DNA from: Dehalococcoidia bacterium
GTDB lineage: Bacteria; Chloroflexota; Dehalococcoidia; Bin125
NCBI GenBank assembly: GCA_963555985.3
Contig: OY820591.1
Coordinates: 1,472,001 to 1,536,000, forward strand
Direction: 5' to 3'
Length of the DNA: 64,000 nucleotides
Shown piece after piece: positions 19,587-29,801 of the stretch. The notes under the pieces are model-generated. The model saw only the letters and a program-made list of their open reading frames with translations. It was not told the origin of the DNA and did no database searches. Both the position numbers and the translations under genes were made by a program. Within the stretch, counting starts at the first letter, position 1. The number at the start of each line of letters is the position of its first letter.

Positions 19587-22343
19587 GTGAGCGCTGAGGT
19601 CTACGCAGCCATCGACTTGGAGATGACCGGGCTCAAGCCGCGCTCCGACGAGATCATCGAGATCGGCGTCGTGCGCTGTACCCCGGAGCGCGTGCTCGAG
19701 CGCTGGAGCACACTGGTGCGCCCAGAGCGGATGCCGCCGCTGCGCGTCCAACGGATGACCGGGATCACGCCGGAGCTGCTGAAAGGCGCGCCCCGCTTCG
19801 AGGAGGTCGAGCCGAAACTGCGCTCCTTGCTCAGCGATGTTGGCCTGATCGGTCATAATGTCGCGTTTGACGAGTCGTTCCTCGAGGTCGTTGACGTACG
19901 CGCGACGCTTCCATCAACCGACACCCTGCTGCTGGCGCAGATCGTGGATCCGGCGGCTCCATCGCACCGGCTCGGTGACCTCTGCACGCGCTACGGGATT
20001 GACCTGGACGACGCCCATCGCGCATTGGCCGACGCAGAGGCGTCGAGGCGGTTGCTGCTCGCGCTGCGCGAGCGCTTCGCTCAACTTCCGTCTGCGGCGC
20101 GGCGCGCCCTTACGGAGTTGGCACTCTCACTTGGGATGCTCTGGCCGCCCGGGTCGATCCTGCTCGAGTGGGCGGAGGGCTTGCCTGTCAGCGAGCGCCA
20201 ACTGTCTCAGAGACGGCAGCCGTATGCGTCCGAGCCGGCGCGTGTGCCGCTGCCTCGCGGATCGCTGGCCGACCTGACCGAGCAGGCGTTTCAATCAATC
20301 GGCAACAACGAGTTTGAGCAGCGCAGCGAGCAGCTCTCGATGGCGCGCGATGTGGCGAATGCGTTGCAAACCGGCGGACCCGCAATCGTGGAAGCCGGGA
20401 CAGGCACTGGAAAATCCCTCGCCTATCTCGTGCCTGCTGCGCTCTGGGCGCTCAAGACCGGCAACCGCGTGGGCGTGAGCACGCACACGATCAACCTCCA
20501 GCAGCAGTTAGAAAACAAGGACATTCCGATGGCGCGGCGCTTGATCGCCGGCGTCTCAGCGGAAGCCAGCGAACTGTTGCAAGCCGTCGTTGTCAAAGGC
20601 CGCGGCAACTACCTCTGCCGCCGAAAGCTGCGAACGGAGCTCGGCCGCGCGGCTCAGTGGACAGACCCGAAGCTGCTCGCACGAGCCGTCGTCTGGGAGG
20701 CGCTCACGGAACGCGGCGATCGTGCGGAGCTACGCTTGCCCGCTCCGGAACTCGCAGCCTGGGAGCGGCTATCGGCGGCCTCAACGACCTGCCTGATTGA
20801 CGGCTGCCCATTCGTTGGGGACGGATCTTGTTTTCTCAGCCGCACCCGCGATCAAGCTTCAGAGGCGCACATCGTCGTCGCCAATCACGCCCTGCTCGTC
20901 TCCAACCTGGTCTACGGATCGGCCACGTTGCCCGATACCCCAGTCGTGATCGTCGACGAGGCGCACGCGCTCGAAGATGTTGCGACCGACCAACTGTCCG
21001 CAGTGATGAATGAAGCCTGGGTGCGGGAAGGCTTGGAGCGAGCGAGCCAGTCCGAATTCGCCGCAGAAGCTGCGCAGGTCGCGCCAGCCCAAGCGGACGC
21101 GCTGGCCTCCGCAATCGCGAGCGCCGAGCGACCCTTGCACACGCTCTACGACCGACTCGGAGGATTCGCCTCGACTCACTCCCAGGACTCGTTCGGCGGG
21201 GCCGACCAAGTGACGCTTACTCAAGGGGCGCGCAACAACCCCGCCTGGTCAGAGATTGAGGAAGCGTCCGAGCACGCCGCGCTTGCGCTTGCGCAAGCGG
21301 CCCAAGCAGCGGAAGCGTTGCAGGCGGAACTCGAGTTGGAGTTGCTTGATGCGAAAGAGGCGGAGCGCCAGAAGATCATCACCCTCGCAATCGAGGCGCG
21401 AGAGTTGGGGGCCGACTTGCGGGAGCGCATCGATCGGCTGCATCAAACACTGACCGCCCGCTCCGACGAGGAGATTGCCTGGATCCGGCGGGAGCGGCGG
21501 AAGTCGGGCGAGGCAGCCGTGCATTCGGCACCTTTGAGCGTGGCCGAGCATCTGCTTCCGCTCTGGACCGAGACTCATTCGGCAGTCTTGACCGGGGCCA
21601 CGCTGGCCACAGGTCCGGTCGCCGAAGGCGGCTTCGCATATCTCGCGGAGCGACTTGGAGTTGAAGACGCAGCCGAGTCTCAATACGGATCGCCGTTTGA
21701 CTACGAACGAGCCTGCCGGATCTATCTCCCGGACGATGCGTTGGACGCCGACGATCCCAGGCACAACGAGGCGGTCGGACACGCGGTTGCCCGGCTCGCA
21801 GCGGCGGCCGGCGGCCGCACGATGGCGCTCTTCCGCTCCTACTCGGCGCTGCGTCAAGTCGCCCGGATCGCAGAACCGCTCTTGGAAGAATCCGGGCTCG
21901 TGTTAGCGGCGCAGGGACGCGATGGATCGCCGGCGCGAATCGTAGACGCGCTCCGTGCCGATCGGTGCACCGTCGCCTTTGGCGTAGCTTCCCTCTGGAC
22001 GGGGATCGATGTCCCCGGCGATGCCTTGTCTCTGCTCATCATCACGCGCCTCCCCTTCGCCCCCCCGAGCGATCCTGTGCTTCAGGCGCGCGGTGAGCTA
22101 TACGAGAATGAGTTCATGGAATTCGCGCTCCCGGCCGCGGTGCTCCAGTTTCGCCAGGGCTTCGGACGCTTGCTGCGCACGCGATCGGACCGGGGCGCAG
22201 TCGCCGTACTCGATCGCCGCATCGCTACCCGTCGCTATGGAGGCCAATTTCTACGTGCCCTTCCGCCCGCGCCCGTGTCCAGGATGCCAATTGAAGCGAT
22301 CGCCGCTGAACTGCGCGAGTTCCTGCCCCCGAACCGAGGATGA
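19587..22343 (+). CDS. dinG: DnaQ-family exonuclease/DinG-family helicase fusion
   Basis: DEDDh exonuclease motifs (DLEMTG, HNVAFD, AHRALADA); helicase EAGTGTGKS, DEAH, TGIDVPG, QGFGRLLRT; four Fe-S Cys (YLC, TTC, GC, SC). Confidence 0.93.
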   Translation: MSAEVYAAIDLEMTGLKPRSDEIIEIGVVRCTPERVLERWSTLVRPERMPPLRVQRMTGITPELLKGAPRFEEVEPKLRSLLSDVGLIGHNVAFDESFLEVVDVRATLPSTDTLLLAQIVDPAAPSHRLGDLCTRYGIDLDDAHRALADAEASRRLLLALRERFAQLPSAARRALTELALSLGMLWPPGSILLEWAEGLPVSERQLSQRRQPYASEPARVPLPRGSLADLTEQAFQSIGNNEFEQRSEQLSMARDVANALQTGGPAIVEAGTGTGKSLAYLVPAALWALKTGNRVGVSTHTINLQQQLENKDIPMARRLIAGVSAEASELLQAVVVKGRGNYLCRRKLRTELGRAAQWTDPKLLARAVVWEALTERGDRAELRLPAPELAAWERLSAASTTCLIDGCPFVGDGSCFLSRTRDQASEAHIVVANHALLVSNLVYGSATLPDTPVVIVDEAHALEDVATDQLSAVMNEAWVREGLERASQSEFAAEAAQVAPAQADALASAIASAERPLHTLYDRLGGFASTHSQDSFGGADQVTLTQGARNNPAWSEIEEASEHAALALAQAAQAAEALQAELELELLDAKEAERQKIITLAIEARELGADLRERIDRLHQTLTARSDEEIAWIRRERRKSGEAAVHSAPLSVAEHLLPLWTETHSAVLTGATLATGPVAEGGFAYLAERLGVEDAAESQYGSPFDYERACRIYLPDDALDADDPRHNEAVGHAVARLAAAAGGRTMALFRSYSALRQVARIAEPLLEESGLVLAAQGRDGSPARIVDALRADRCTVAFGVASLWTGIDVPGDALSLLIITRLPFAPPSDPVLQARGELYENEFMEFALPAAVLQFRQGFGRLLRTRSDRGAVAVLDRRIATRRYGGQFLRALPPAPVSRMPIEAIAAELREFLPPNRG

Positions 22344-22879
22344 ACATGGCCGTCCCGCTTCACCATTGGCCGTCGCGCATCGAGGGCGAACGGACGTCAA
22401 TCGCCGCCGTTCGAGCCGAGGAGATCGTTGCCGACTGGCTGGACGAAGCAGCACAGGCAGTCGCAGGTCGCGGAACGCCGTGTCGCCTCCAGGAGCGCCT
22501 TGACGACGGCGACTCCGCGTTCTGGATCTATCCGGCGGAAGGGGCTAGCCAAGCGGTAGGCGCGCTGAGTGGGCGCTTGGCGGATATCGGCGGCGCGCAA
22601 GTCCTGGTCTGGACTTGGCTGGCAGTCGCGGCTGATTGGCGGCACTACGGCTACGGCGGCGCGTCGGTGCCGTTGTTCGAGCGTGCGGCGAGTGAACTTG
22701 GCGCAGAATCGGCGCTCGCCCCGCTGCCGCCGGACAACGGCGTCGCGCTCTACTTCTGGCTGCGTTTGGGTTATGTGCCTCTCCGCGAGCCCGAGCTGCT
22801 GCCGTCCGAACCGCCAACCGGTGTCGCACGAGACGCAATCTGGATGCACCGCTCGTTGGGATCGCCAGAGCGCCGGTAG
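22340..22879 (+). CDS. GNAT-family N-acetyltransferase-like protein
   Basis: LAVAADWRHYGYG acetyl-CoA-binding motif and NGVALYFWLRLGY; ATGA overlap with dinG. Confidence 0.75.
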   Translation: MNMAVPLHHWPSRIEGERTSIAAVRAEEIVADWLDEAAQAVAGRGTPCRLQERLDDGDSAFWIYPAEGASQAVGALSGRLADIGGAQVLVWTWLAVAADWRHYGYGGASVPLFERAASELGAESALAPLPPDNGVALYFWLRLGYVPLREPELLPSEPPTGVARDAIWMHRSLGSPERR

Positions 22880-22908
22880 GCTGAAATCAGCATCTGAGGA
22901 GGTCGTCG

Positions 22909-23328
22909 ATGTCGTTGGTGATACCGGACGAGATTCATGCACGAGTCAATGCAGCCTTGGACGAGGGCTTTCCCCTCTCCATGATGGCCGTGAGCGCGGA
23001 CGGCGAACCTGTGGTCAGCTTCCGCGGCAGCACCCAGACCTTCGGCGACGATGCGCTCGCCGTCTGGGTACGGGGCGAGCCATCCTCAACCCTGACCGCG
23101 ATTGCCGCCAATCCCTCCGTCGCGGTCGTCTACACAAACATGCCCGCGCGCAAATTCTGGATCTTCCGCGGCCAAGCCCGGGTCACCACCGACCCCGGCG
23201 ACCGCGATGCGATCTGGGAAGGCCAGCACGCCCTCGAAAAGTCGCGCGATCCGGATCGCACCGGGGTCGCAGTCGTGATCGACCTCGACAGCGTCCAGGG
23301 CAGCGGCGTCAATCTCAGCCGCGACTAA
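22909..23328 (+). CDS. Pyridoxamine 5'-phosphate oxidase-like (split-barrel flavin/F420-binding) protein
   Basis: AVSADGEPVVSFRGS...IAANPSVAV...FRGQARV; GAGGAGG SD. Confidence 0.8.
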   Translation: MSLVIPDEIHARVNAALDEGFPLSMMAVSADGEPVVSFRGSTQTFGDDALAVWVRGEPSSTLTAIAANPSVAVVYTNMPARKFWIFRGQARVTTDPGDRDAIWEGQHALEKSRDPDRTGVAVVIDLDSVQGSGVNLSRD

Positions 23329-23618
23329 CGCCGCTCACGCCGACGCTGCATCCAGGTTCGGCTGAGCCGACCAGCCCCAAGTCCCGCCCCCAACACGCCG
23401 AACCAGAGCGCAATCGTTTCGACGATCCCGCCAACCTGCGTCAGCGTCGCGCCGAGCCAGATTCCCAGACAGAGCGCAGTCACGACCCCAACCGTGGGCC
23501 GCCACCACGGCCTGACCGGCTCGGCCGGAATGCGCATGTTCGTCGCCGATCCGACGCTTGCTGGCGCATCAGTGTCGAGGCGTCTTCGGCGCCGTCGGCG
23601 TGGACGTGCTCGCGGCAT
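23325..23618 (-). CDS. Small hypothetical membrane protein
   Basis: Basic N-terminus plus two TM helices; co-oriented with cca. Confidence 0.55.
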   Translation of the reverse strand: MPRARPRRRRRRRLDTDAPASVGSATNMRIPAEPVRPWWRPTVGVVTALCLGIWLGATLTQVGGIVETIALWFGVLGAGLGAGRLSRTWMQRRRERR

Positions 23619-23620
23619 GA

Positions 23621-23953
23621 CTAGCGCCGTCGCCTCCGCGCCAGATCGCGCGCCGAGGCGCCCGGAGCCGCTCGGCGGACTCGGCGCGTTTCGGTCTGTG
23701 GGACTTCTTCGGGTTCATGGTTTGAGTCCGCTGCCTGCGGGTTCATCCGCTCGTCGAGACAGCGCCGACAGGCGAACTGGAGCGCCATCACCTCATCGTC
23801 GATCCAGACATCGCCGCAGTCGGGACCTTCAGCCGTAGTAGTGAGTCGAAGGTGGAAATACTCGCCGCAGATGTAGCAGTCGGAGCGTCCGTCGGGCACT
23901 GCCGGATCGCCGCAGACAACGCAAGGGGCGGAATCACTGGAGTCGGTCGTCAT
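23621..23953 (-). CDS. Small Cys/His-rich zinc-finger-like protein
   Basis: CVVC, CYIC...H, C, CRRC (PHD/RING-like spacing); ATG overlaps the cca stop. Confidence 0.7.
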   Translation of the reverse strand: MTTDSSDSAPCVVCGDPAVPDGRSDCYICGEYFHLRLTTTAEGPDCGDVWIDDEVMALQFACRRCLDERMNPQAADSNHEPEEVPQTETRRVRRAAPGASARDLARRRRR

Positions 23954-25284
23954 CGGCGCTGCTCTGGTACTCGCTTGGCGCGCGCCAGCGCACGTCGCGG
24001 CGGAGAGTCTGGCTTTGATGCTACCCGTTGCTCGATTCGCGCGACAGCGCCGCGATCCTCCGGATCCAGCGCCCGATCCCAGACCGCCTCCGTCAGCCAC
24101 CGCAACCACGCCCCAACCGCAGGCCCGCGCGGAACCCCTAGCTCAATCAGACGAGACGCACGAATCGGCGGCCTGATCGTCGCTCTCCGCTGCTGGTAAT
24201 CGAGCACCGCCCCTTGAGACACGCCCGACCACAGCGACGCGGCTGCATCGAGCGCGGCGGCGTCCATCGTCTCCAGCAGTCGCGCAACCGCCGCCGGCCG
24301 GCGCAGACGCCCCAGTTGCCGCCGCAGTGCCCGCAACCGCGCCCCGTCGTTCAAGGCAGCCTGTTCCCCGCGCTGAAGTGCAATCCGCACTCGCAACTCG
24401 TTCAGGACAGCGCGCGACGGTTCGGTCAGTCCCACGCTTGCCCAGAAATGCTCCGGCGATTGCACAACTCGCACAACACGAGGCGCAACCGACCAGTCTG
24501 GCCAACGCCCCTGCGGGAGCCGCATCCGTTGCGCCTGTCCCAGCGCGCCCGCCCGATCACGCTCGCTCAACAACAGCCGCCAGGCGTCTCCAAAGCGCCC
24601 AGGCGTCAACACCGCCAGGTAATGCCGCTGCTGCCGAACTTCGCTCGCTGTCTCCCGCGACAGACGCCCCTCCAGCCGCGCCGCATAACGCGCTGCCCGA
24701 ATCAACCGCGTCGGATCATCCACGAATGAGCGCGAATGCAGCGTGCGGATCGTCTGGCTGCGAGCATCTTCTGCTGCACCATGTGGATCGAGCAACAGTC
24801 CAGCGTCCGCTCCTGAGAGGACATACGCCGCCGCATTCACCGTGAAGTCGCGCCGCCGCAGATCGGCCAGGATCGGCGCTGGCTCCACCAGGGGCAGCGC
24901 CCCCGGAGCCGAGTAGCGCTCGGCGCGCGTCCGCGCGAGATCGATCCGCCCGCCCAGCTCGTCCGCCAGCCGCACGCTCGCAGTACCGAAGCGGTCATGA
25001 ACGGTCGGCGGCACGGCTCCAAACCGAGCTAGCACCACGTGCAAAGACGACGGATCGCCATCCACCGCCAAGTCAATGTCGGTACCGCCTTCGCTGAGCT
25101 CCACTGGCGGATCGAGCAGCAGATAGTCCCGCACCACCCCTCCCACCAGATAAAGCGGGAGCTCCTCTTCAGTCGCCGCATGACATAACGCTCTCAGCGC
25201 TTCAGCGACACGCTCAGGCAACGCGGCAACGAGTCGCTCCGGCAGAGCGATGTTCGACTCACTCGCTGTCCCGGTCTGCGCCAT
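23950..25284 (-). CDS. cca: CCA-adding tRNA nucleotidyltransferase / poly(A) polymerase family
   Basis: LVGGVVRD, DIDL, FGTA, DLRRRDFTVNA, SFVDDPTRLIRAARY. Confidence 0.9.
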   Translation of the reverse strand: MAQTGTASESNIALPERLVAALPERVAEALRALCHAATEEELPLYLVGGVVRDYLLLDPPVELSEGGTDIDLAVDGDPSSLHVVLARFGAVPPTVHDRFGTASVRLADELGGRIDLARTRAERYSAPGALPLVEPAPILADLRRRDFTVNAAAYVLSGADAGLLLDPHGAAEDARSQTIRTLHSRSFVDDPTRLIRAARYAARLEGRLSRETASEVRQQRHYLAVLTPGRFGDAWRLLLSERDRAGALGQAQRMRLPQGRWPDWSVAPRVVRVVQSPEHFWASVGLTEPSRAVLNELRVRIALQRGEQAALNDGARLRALRRQLGRLRRPAAVARLLETMDAAALDAAASLWSGVSQGAVLDYQQRRATIRPPIRASRLIELGVPRGPAVGAWLRWLTEAVWDRALDPEDRGAVARIEQRVASKPDSPPRRALARAKRVPEQRR

Positions 25285-25351
25285 TCGTCAATGCTCAGGT
25301 GCGTCTTCGTCCACGAGTCGAAGCGATCATTACGTGACGTAACGTTACGAG

Positions 25352-26095
25352 ATGGTCGTGTCACTCCAATCGGAACTGCCTCAAGCCAAGCTCGATCCGT
25401 TGCAGCAGCGAATCGGTTACTGCTTCCGCGATCCTGGACTGCTGCGACAGGCGTTCGTGCACAAGTCTTGGCTGAACGAGATCGATGACTCCGCGCTCGA
25501 GTCGAACGAGCGGCTGGAATTCCTCGGTGATGCCGTCTTGGGAGCCGTGATCGCGCGAGCCCTATTCGAGCGATTCCCGAAGACCACTGAAGGCTGGCTC
25601 ACCGTCTCACGAGCCCAGATCGTCCGCAACCAGACGCTCGCCCGCGTCGCCGCCTCGCTGGATCTCGGTACCTACCTGCTCATCGGAGCCGGGATCGCGA
25701 ACGAAGGCGCCCGCTCACGCCCGCGAGTCCTCAGCCGCACGCTCGAGGCGGTCTTCGGCGCGGTCTGGCTCGACGGTGGCGACAGCGCCGCCCGCGATCT
25801 GATCCTGCGTCTCTTGGCCGGCGAGTTCGAGATGATCAGCGCCGCCGAAATCACCCGCGACGCCAAATCGCAGTTGCAGCACTTCACCCAGGCCGAGTCA
25901 GGGACGATCCCGACCTACGAGATCGTGGACCAATCCGGACCTCCCCACGATCGCCGCTTTCGGGCGCATGTGTCCGTAGACGGCGAAGTGCTGGGCGACG
26001 GCGAAGGCAGGAGCAAACAGGGCGCCGAGATGGCCGCCGCGGAAGTGGCGCTTGGGGCGCTCGGCCTACAGAGCGATTCGGCGGTTGAGCCTTAA
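25352..26095 (+). CDS. rnc: Ribonuclease III
   Basis: NERLEFLGDAVLG, EAVFGAVWLDGG, dsRBD with GEGRSKQGAE. Confidence 0.96.
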   Translation: MVVSLQSELPQAKLDPLQQRIGYCFRDPGLLRQAFVHKSWLNEIDDSALESNERLEFLGDAVLGAVIARALFERFPKTTEGWLTVSRAQIVRNQTLARVAASLDLGTYLLIGAGIANEGARSRPRVLSRTLEAVFGAVWLDGGDSAARDLILRLLAGEFEMISAAEITRDAKSQLQHFTQAESGTIPTYEIVDQSGPPHDRRFRAHVSVDGEVLGDGEGRSKQGAEMAAAEVALGALGLQSDSAVEP

Positions 26096-26150
26096 GCTCT
26101 AGCTGTTGACCCCGCGCTTGCATTCGACACGCGCGTGAAAGGCGGAGGCG

Positions 26151-27128
26151 ATGGTTCGGCTCTTTCGGCGCTTGCGATCCTCCCAGGCAGACGCGCAGGA
26201 GGACGACGAACTGAAGCAAGAGTTCGCCCGCAGCGTCGAAGCCACGCGCCGCGGCAGGCTGGGCGCGCTGACCAGCCTGCTGCGGCGCAGTCAGGTCGAC
26301 GAGGACTTCTGGGACGAACTCGAAGAGACGCTCATCTTGGGCGACATCGGCGGCGGTGTCAGCGCCCGTTGGGTCGAAGAGTTGCGTGAGGACGCGCGCG
26401 GACAATCGGGCGCGGAAATCCGCTCGCTCCTGCGCGAACGCATGGTCTCGACCTTGGAACGTCCCAGCGCGGGCGGCGCGCTCTGGAACGGAACCGAGGG
26501 GACGGCCGAGCCGCCCCAAGTCGTATTGGTGGTCGGAGTCAACGGCGCGGGCAAGACGACGTCGATCGCAAAGCTCGCGCACGCCTACCAATCCGAAGGC
26601 AAGACCGTACTCCTGGCCGCCGCCGACACCTTCCGCGTCGCCGCGATTGAGCAGCTTCAGACCTGGGGTGAGCGCCTCGACATCCCCGTCATCGCCCATC
26701 GTCAAGGCTCCGACCCGGGCGCGGTCGCATACGATGCGCTCGATGCCGCCCTCTCGCGCGGGATCGACGTCGTGCTCGTGGATACCGCCGGACGCCTCCA
26801 AACCCAGCGCAATCTGATGGCCGAACTGGGCAAAGTCAGGCGCGTGATCGAGGGCAAGTGCCCCGGCGCGCCGCACGAGGTCTTGCTCGTGCTCGACGCC
26901 ACCAGCGGCCAGAACGCGCTCAGTCAGGCGCGACAGTTCTCCCAGGCAACCGGCGTGACCGCGGTCTGCCTGGCCAAGCTCGACGGCACCAGCAAAGGCG
27001 GCATCGTCTTCGCCATCGCCGAAGAGCTCGGCATCCCCGTCCGCTTCGCCGGTACCGGCGAGCGCCCGGACGACATCGCACCATTCGATCCCGGCGCATT
27101 CGTCGACGCACTCCTCGCCGACGACTAA
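26151..27128 (+). CDS. ftsY: Signal recognition particle receptor FtsY
   Basis: [39 protein letters not shown]. Confidence 0.96.
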   Translation: MVRLFRRLRSSQADAQEDDELKQEFARSVEATRRGRLGALTSLLRRSQVDEDFWDELEETLILGDIGGGVSARWVEELREDARGQSGAEIRSLLRERMVSTLERPSAGGALWNGTEGTAEPPQVVLVVGVNGAGKTTSIAKLAHAYQSEGKTVLLAAADTFRVAAIEQLQTWGERLDIPVIAHRQGSDPGAVAYDALDAALSRGIDVVLVDTAGRLQTQRNLMAELGKVRRVIEGKCPGAPHEVLLVLDATSGQNALSQARQFSQATGVTAVCLAKLDGTSKGGIVFAIAEELGIPVRFAGTGERPDDIAPFDPGAFVDALLADD

Positions 27129-27161
27129 ACCGAACCGCGTTCAGCTGACTATCTTGAGCGC

Positions 27162-27812
27162 ATGGACTTCATTCACGCTGCATGGACACCGGCCGGCGAC
27201 GGCCCCTACCCCACTCTGATCGCTCTGCACGGACACGGCGCGCATTGTCAGGATCTCGCCCCGCTCGCGCCCTTGCTCTGCGAGGGGCAGCTCCAAGTGA
27301 TCTGCCCTCAAGCCGAGTTCCGGTTGGAGGACGCCCCCTACTCCTACGCCCCGATGTTCACCTGGATGCGCCGAGGCGCGAACGATCGCCCGCTGGACGG
27401 CGAACTAGCCCGCGTCGCCTCCGCTCTCTCCGGATTCGTGGACGCCGCCCGCGAGCGCTATGACATCGACTCCCAACGTCTGGCGCTGATGGGATTCTCC
27501 CAGGGCGGCTCGCTCGCCTACCGCCTCGCTCTCAGCGAGCCGCAGCGCTGGCGCGGCGCGGCCATGCTCTCCACCTGGCTCGGCGACGAAGCAGCCGCAG
27601 ACATCCACCCCGAAGCCTCCTCACTCCCGCTCTTGGTGCAGCACGGAACCAGCGATCCGCTGGTCACGATCGACCGCGGGCGCGACTCGCGCGACAAACT
27701 GACGGCCTTGGGCATGGCGCTCGATTACCGCGAGTATCCAATGCAGCACGAGATCGGGCGTGCCAGCCTGCACGACCTCTCCGCCTGGTTGGCGGACTTG
27801 CTGCTCAAGTAG
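27162..27812 (+). CDS. Phospholipase/carboxylesterase (alpha/beta hydrolase)
   Basis: LHGHG, GFSQGG, HGTSDP, MQHEI catalytic triad motifs. Confidence 0.9.
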   Translation: MDFIHAAWTPAGDGPYPTLIALHGHGAHCQDLAPLAPLLCEGQLQVICPQAEFRLEDAPYSYAPMFTWMRRGANDRPLDGELARVASALSGFVDAARERYDIDSQRLALMGFSQGGSLAYRLALSEPQRWRGAAMLSTWLGDEAAADIHPEASSLPLLVQHGTSDPLVTIDRGRDSRDKLTALGMALDYREYPMQHEIGRASLHDLSAWLADLLLK

Positions 27813-27853
27813 CGCGCCCGCGGTCAAGCGGGCCAACGAAACGGACGCCGCCA

Positions 27854-29590
27854 ATGACGACGCTCACAACCGAACCACAGACGATGCTGGAAATCTGCAA
27901 GCTCGAAGAGCTGCAGAATGACGGTGTGAAGGTGGTCTCAGTCCAGGGCCGCACCGTGGCCCTGTTCTGGCACCAGGACGCGGTCTGGGCGGTAGACAAC
28001 CGCTGCCCCCACATGGGCTTCCCCCTCAGCCAGGGCACCGTCGCCGATGGCATCCTCACCTGTCATTGGCACCACGCGAAATTTGATCTCGCTGGCGGCT
28101 GTACCTTCGATCCCTTCGCCGACGATGTCGCCTCCTTCCGCGCCGAAGTCCGCGACGGAACCGTCTGGCTCGATCCGGAACCGGTCGAGGAAGAGCGGAT
28201 CGCGCACTGGACCCGCAAACTCCGCGAGGGGCTTGAGCAAAATCTGCGCCTCGTGATCGCCAAATCCGTGCTCGGCCTCTGCGAGGCCGGACGCGAGCGC
28301 GAAGTCCTGCGCGAAGCCGCCCTCTTCGGCGTCCAAAACCGCGCCTCCGGCTGGGCCAGCGGACTCTCCATCCTCACCGCCATGGCCAACGTCGCTCCGC
28401 ATTTGCGCGAGCAAGACCGCGCCCGCGCCCTCTATCACGGCGTCGTCCACGTCGCCCGCGATGTCCAGGGTCAGCCGCCCGACTTCGACCTCGCCCCGCT
28501 AGACACCGCCGAACAGCGTCCGGAGCAATTCCGCGCCTGGTTCCGGCGTTTCGCCGAAGTGCGCTCGCGCGACGCCTCCGAGCGCTGTCTGCGCACCGCA
28601 GCAGCAGCCGGTCTCGATTCTGAGCAATTGGCCGACCTGATCTTCGCCGCCGCCACCGACCACCTCTTCATGGACATCGGGCACACGCTCGACTTCGCCA
28701 ACAAAGCCTGCGAACTGCTCGATCACATCGGCTGGGAACACGGCCCGGACATCCTCAGCAGCGTGATCCCCACCGTCACCGGCGCGCAGCGGATGGAAGA
28801 GACCTCCGCTTGGCAGCATCCCGTGCACCTGCCGCAGCTGATCGCCGAAGCGAACCTCGCGCTGGACGAGGCGCTGATGATCGGCGGCGAGCGGCGGACC
28901 GACTGGGATGGCCACCGCGCCGTCGCCGAGTCGATTCTTGATGACGAACCCGCCGACTCGCTCCGCACCATCGTCAACGCCGTGCGTGACGGCGCGCCGC
29001 TCTCCGAACTCAGCTTGGCTGTCGCCTACGCCGCCGCGAGGCGCCCCGCGCACTTCCACATCTCCAACGAATTCGGCGACTGGAACACCGTCCACCACAC
29101 CTTCACCTACACCAACGCGGTCGACCGCGCGATGCAGCGCGCCTCCTCACGCGAACTCGCGCGCGGCATCCTCGACGGTGCCATGTCCGTCTACCTCGAG
29201 CGCTTCCTCAACCTCCCCAAACAAGCCATGCCGCGCGGTCACCGCAACGGCGCCGTCGCCGAGCACGTGCTCGCCCACTTCGACCGCCAGCAGCAGGTCG
29301 ACGAGACCGCCCAAACGGTCGCCGACCTCCTCGCCGCCGGCGAGCGCGAAACGGTCATCCAGACCCTCGGTCAAGCCCTCCTCCGCGAGGATGCCGGCTT
29401 CCACTCGTTCCAGATCTACGAGGCTGCCCTGCGCCTCGTCGCCCGCTTCGGAGACCGACCGGAGGCCGACGAAGTCCTCATCGGCGCCTCTCGCTTCCTC
29501 ACCGCCCACGCCCCCACCGTCCGCTCAATGGGCCAAACCTGGGAAACCGCCCGCCGTCTCCACCGAGGCGAAGCCCTCCACGCCGGCTAA
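27854..29590 (+). CDS. Rieske 2Fe-2S domain protein with a long helical C-terminal region
   Basis: NRCPHMG...TCHWHHAKFD Rieske motif; His-rich helical repeats (GHTLDFANKA, VHHTFTYTNA, GFHSFQ). Confidence 0.88.
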   Translation: MTTLTTEPQTMLEICKLEELQNDGVKVVSVQGRTVALFWHQDAVWAVDNRCPHMGFPLSQGTVADGILTCHWHHAKFDLAGGCTFDPFADDVASFRAEVRDGTVWLDPEPVEEERIAHWTRKLREGLEQNLRLVIAKSVLGLCEAGREREVLREAALFGVQNRASGWASGLSILTAMANVAPHLREQDRARALYHGVVHVARDVQGQPPDFDLAPLDTAEQRPEQFRAWFRRFAEVRSRDASERCLRTAAAAGLDSEQLADLIFAAATDHLFMDIGHTLDFANKACELLDHIGWEHGPDILSSVIPTVTGAQRMEETSAWQHPVHLPQLIAEANLALDEALMIGGERRTDWDGHRAVAESILDDEPADSLRTIVNAVRDGAPLSELSLAVAYAAARRPAHFHISNEFGDWNTVHHTFTYTNAVDRAMQRASSRELARGILDGAMSVYLERFLNLPKQAMPRGHRNGAVAEHVLAHFDRQQQVDETAQTVADLLAAGERETVIQTLGQALLREDAGFHSFQIYEAALRLVARFGDRPEADEVLIGASRFLTAHAPTVRSMGQTWETARRLHRGEALHAG

Positions 29591-29660
29591 GCAAAGCAGG
29601 GCGCTGCTCAATAGAACTCCGTCATACCCGCGCTTGCCGCGGAGCCTGTCCCCGCGAAGA

Positions 29661-29801
29661 GAGACCGTTGCAGATTGGCATTCCCGCCGCTCTCGTCATT
29701 CCAGCGAAAGCTGGAATCTCGCCCGACCAGATATACCGAACTCCGAACGAGATTCCAGGTCAAGCCTGGAATGACGGAAATGGGGATTTTGCAAAGGCCT
29801 C
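29661..29801. mobile_element. 141-bp MITE with IS5-like terminal inverted repeats carrying a REP doublet
   Basis: Ends GAGACCGTTGCAGA / TTTGCAAAGGCCTC (11 of 14 complementary); flanked by CGAAGA and CGAAGG; uninterrupted target at 34308-34351. Confidence 0.72.
29694..29776. repeat. CGTC-tagged REP doublet (REPIN-like)
   Basis: CGTCATTCCAGCGAAAGCTGGAATCTCG (29694-29721) and inverted CGAGATTCCAGGTCAAGCCTGGAATGACG (29748-29776). Confidence 0.85.

Noticed and set aside
19587-22343. CasDinG or defence-associated DinG
   Set aside because: Ordinary DnaQ-DinG fusion in housekeeping context with no csf/cas genes or array.
22340-22879. GNAT as the missing ceramide synthase bCerS
   Set aside because: Only 179 aa with a single GNAT domain, coupled to dinG and 27 kb from spt; bCerS proteins are roughly twice as long.
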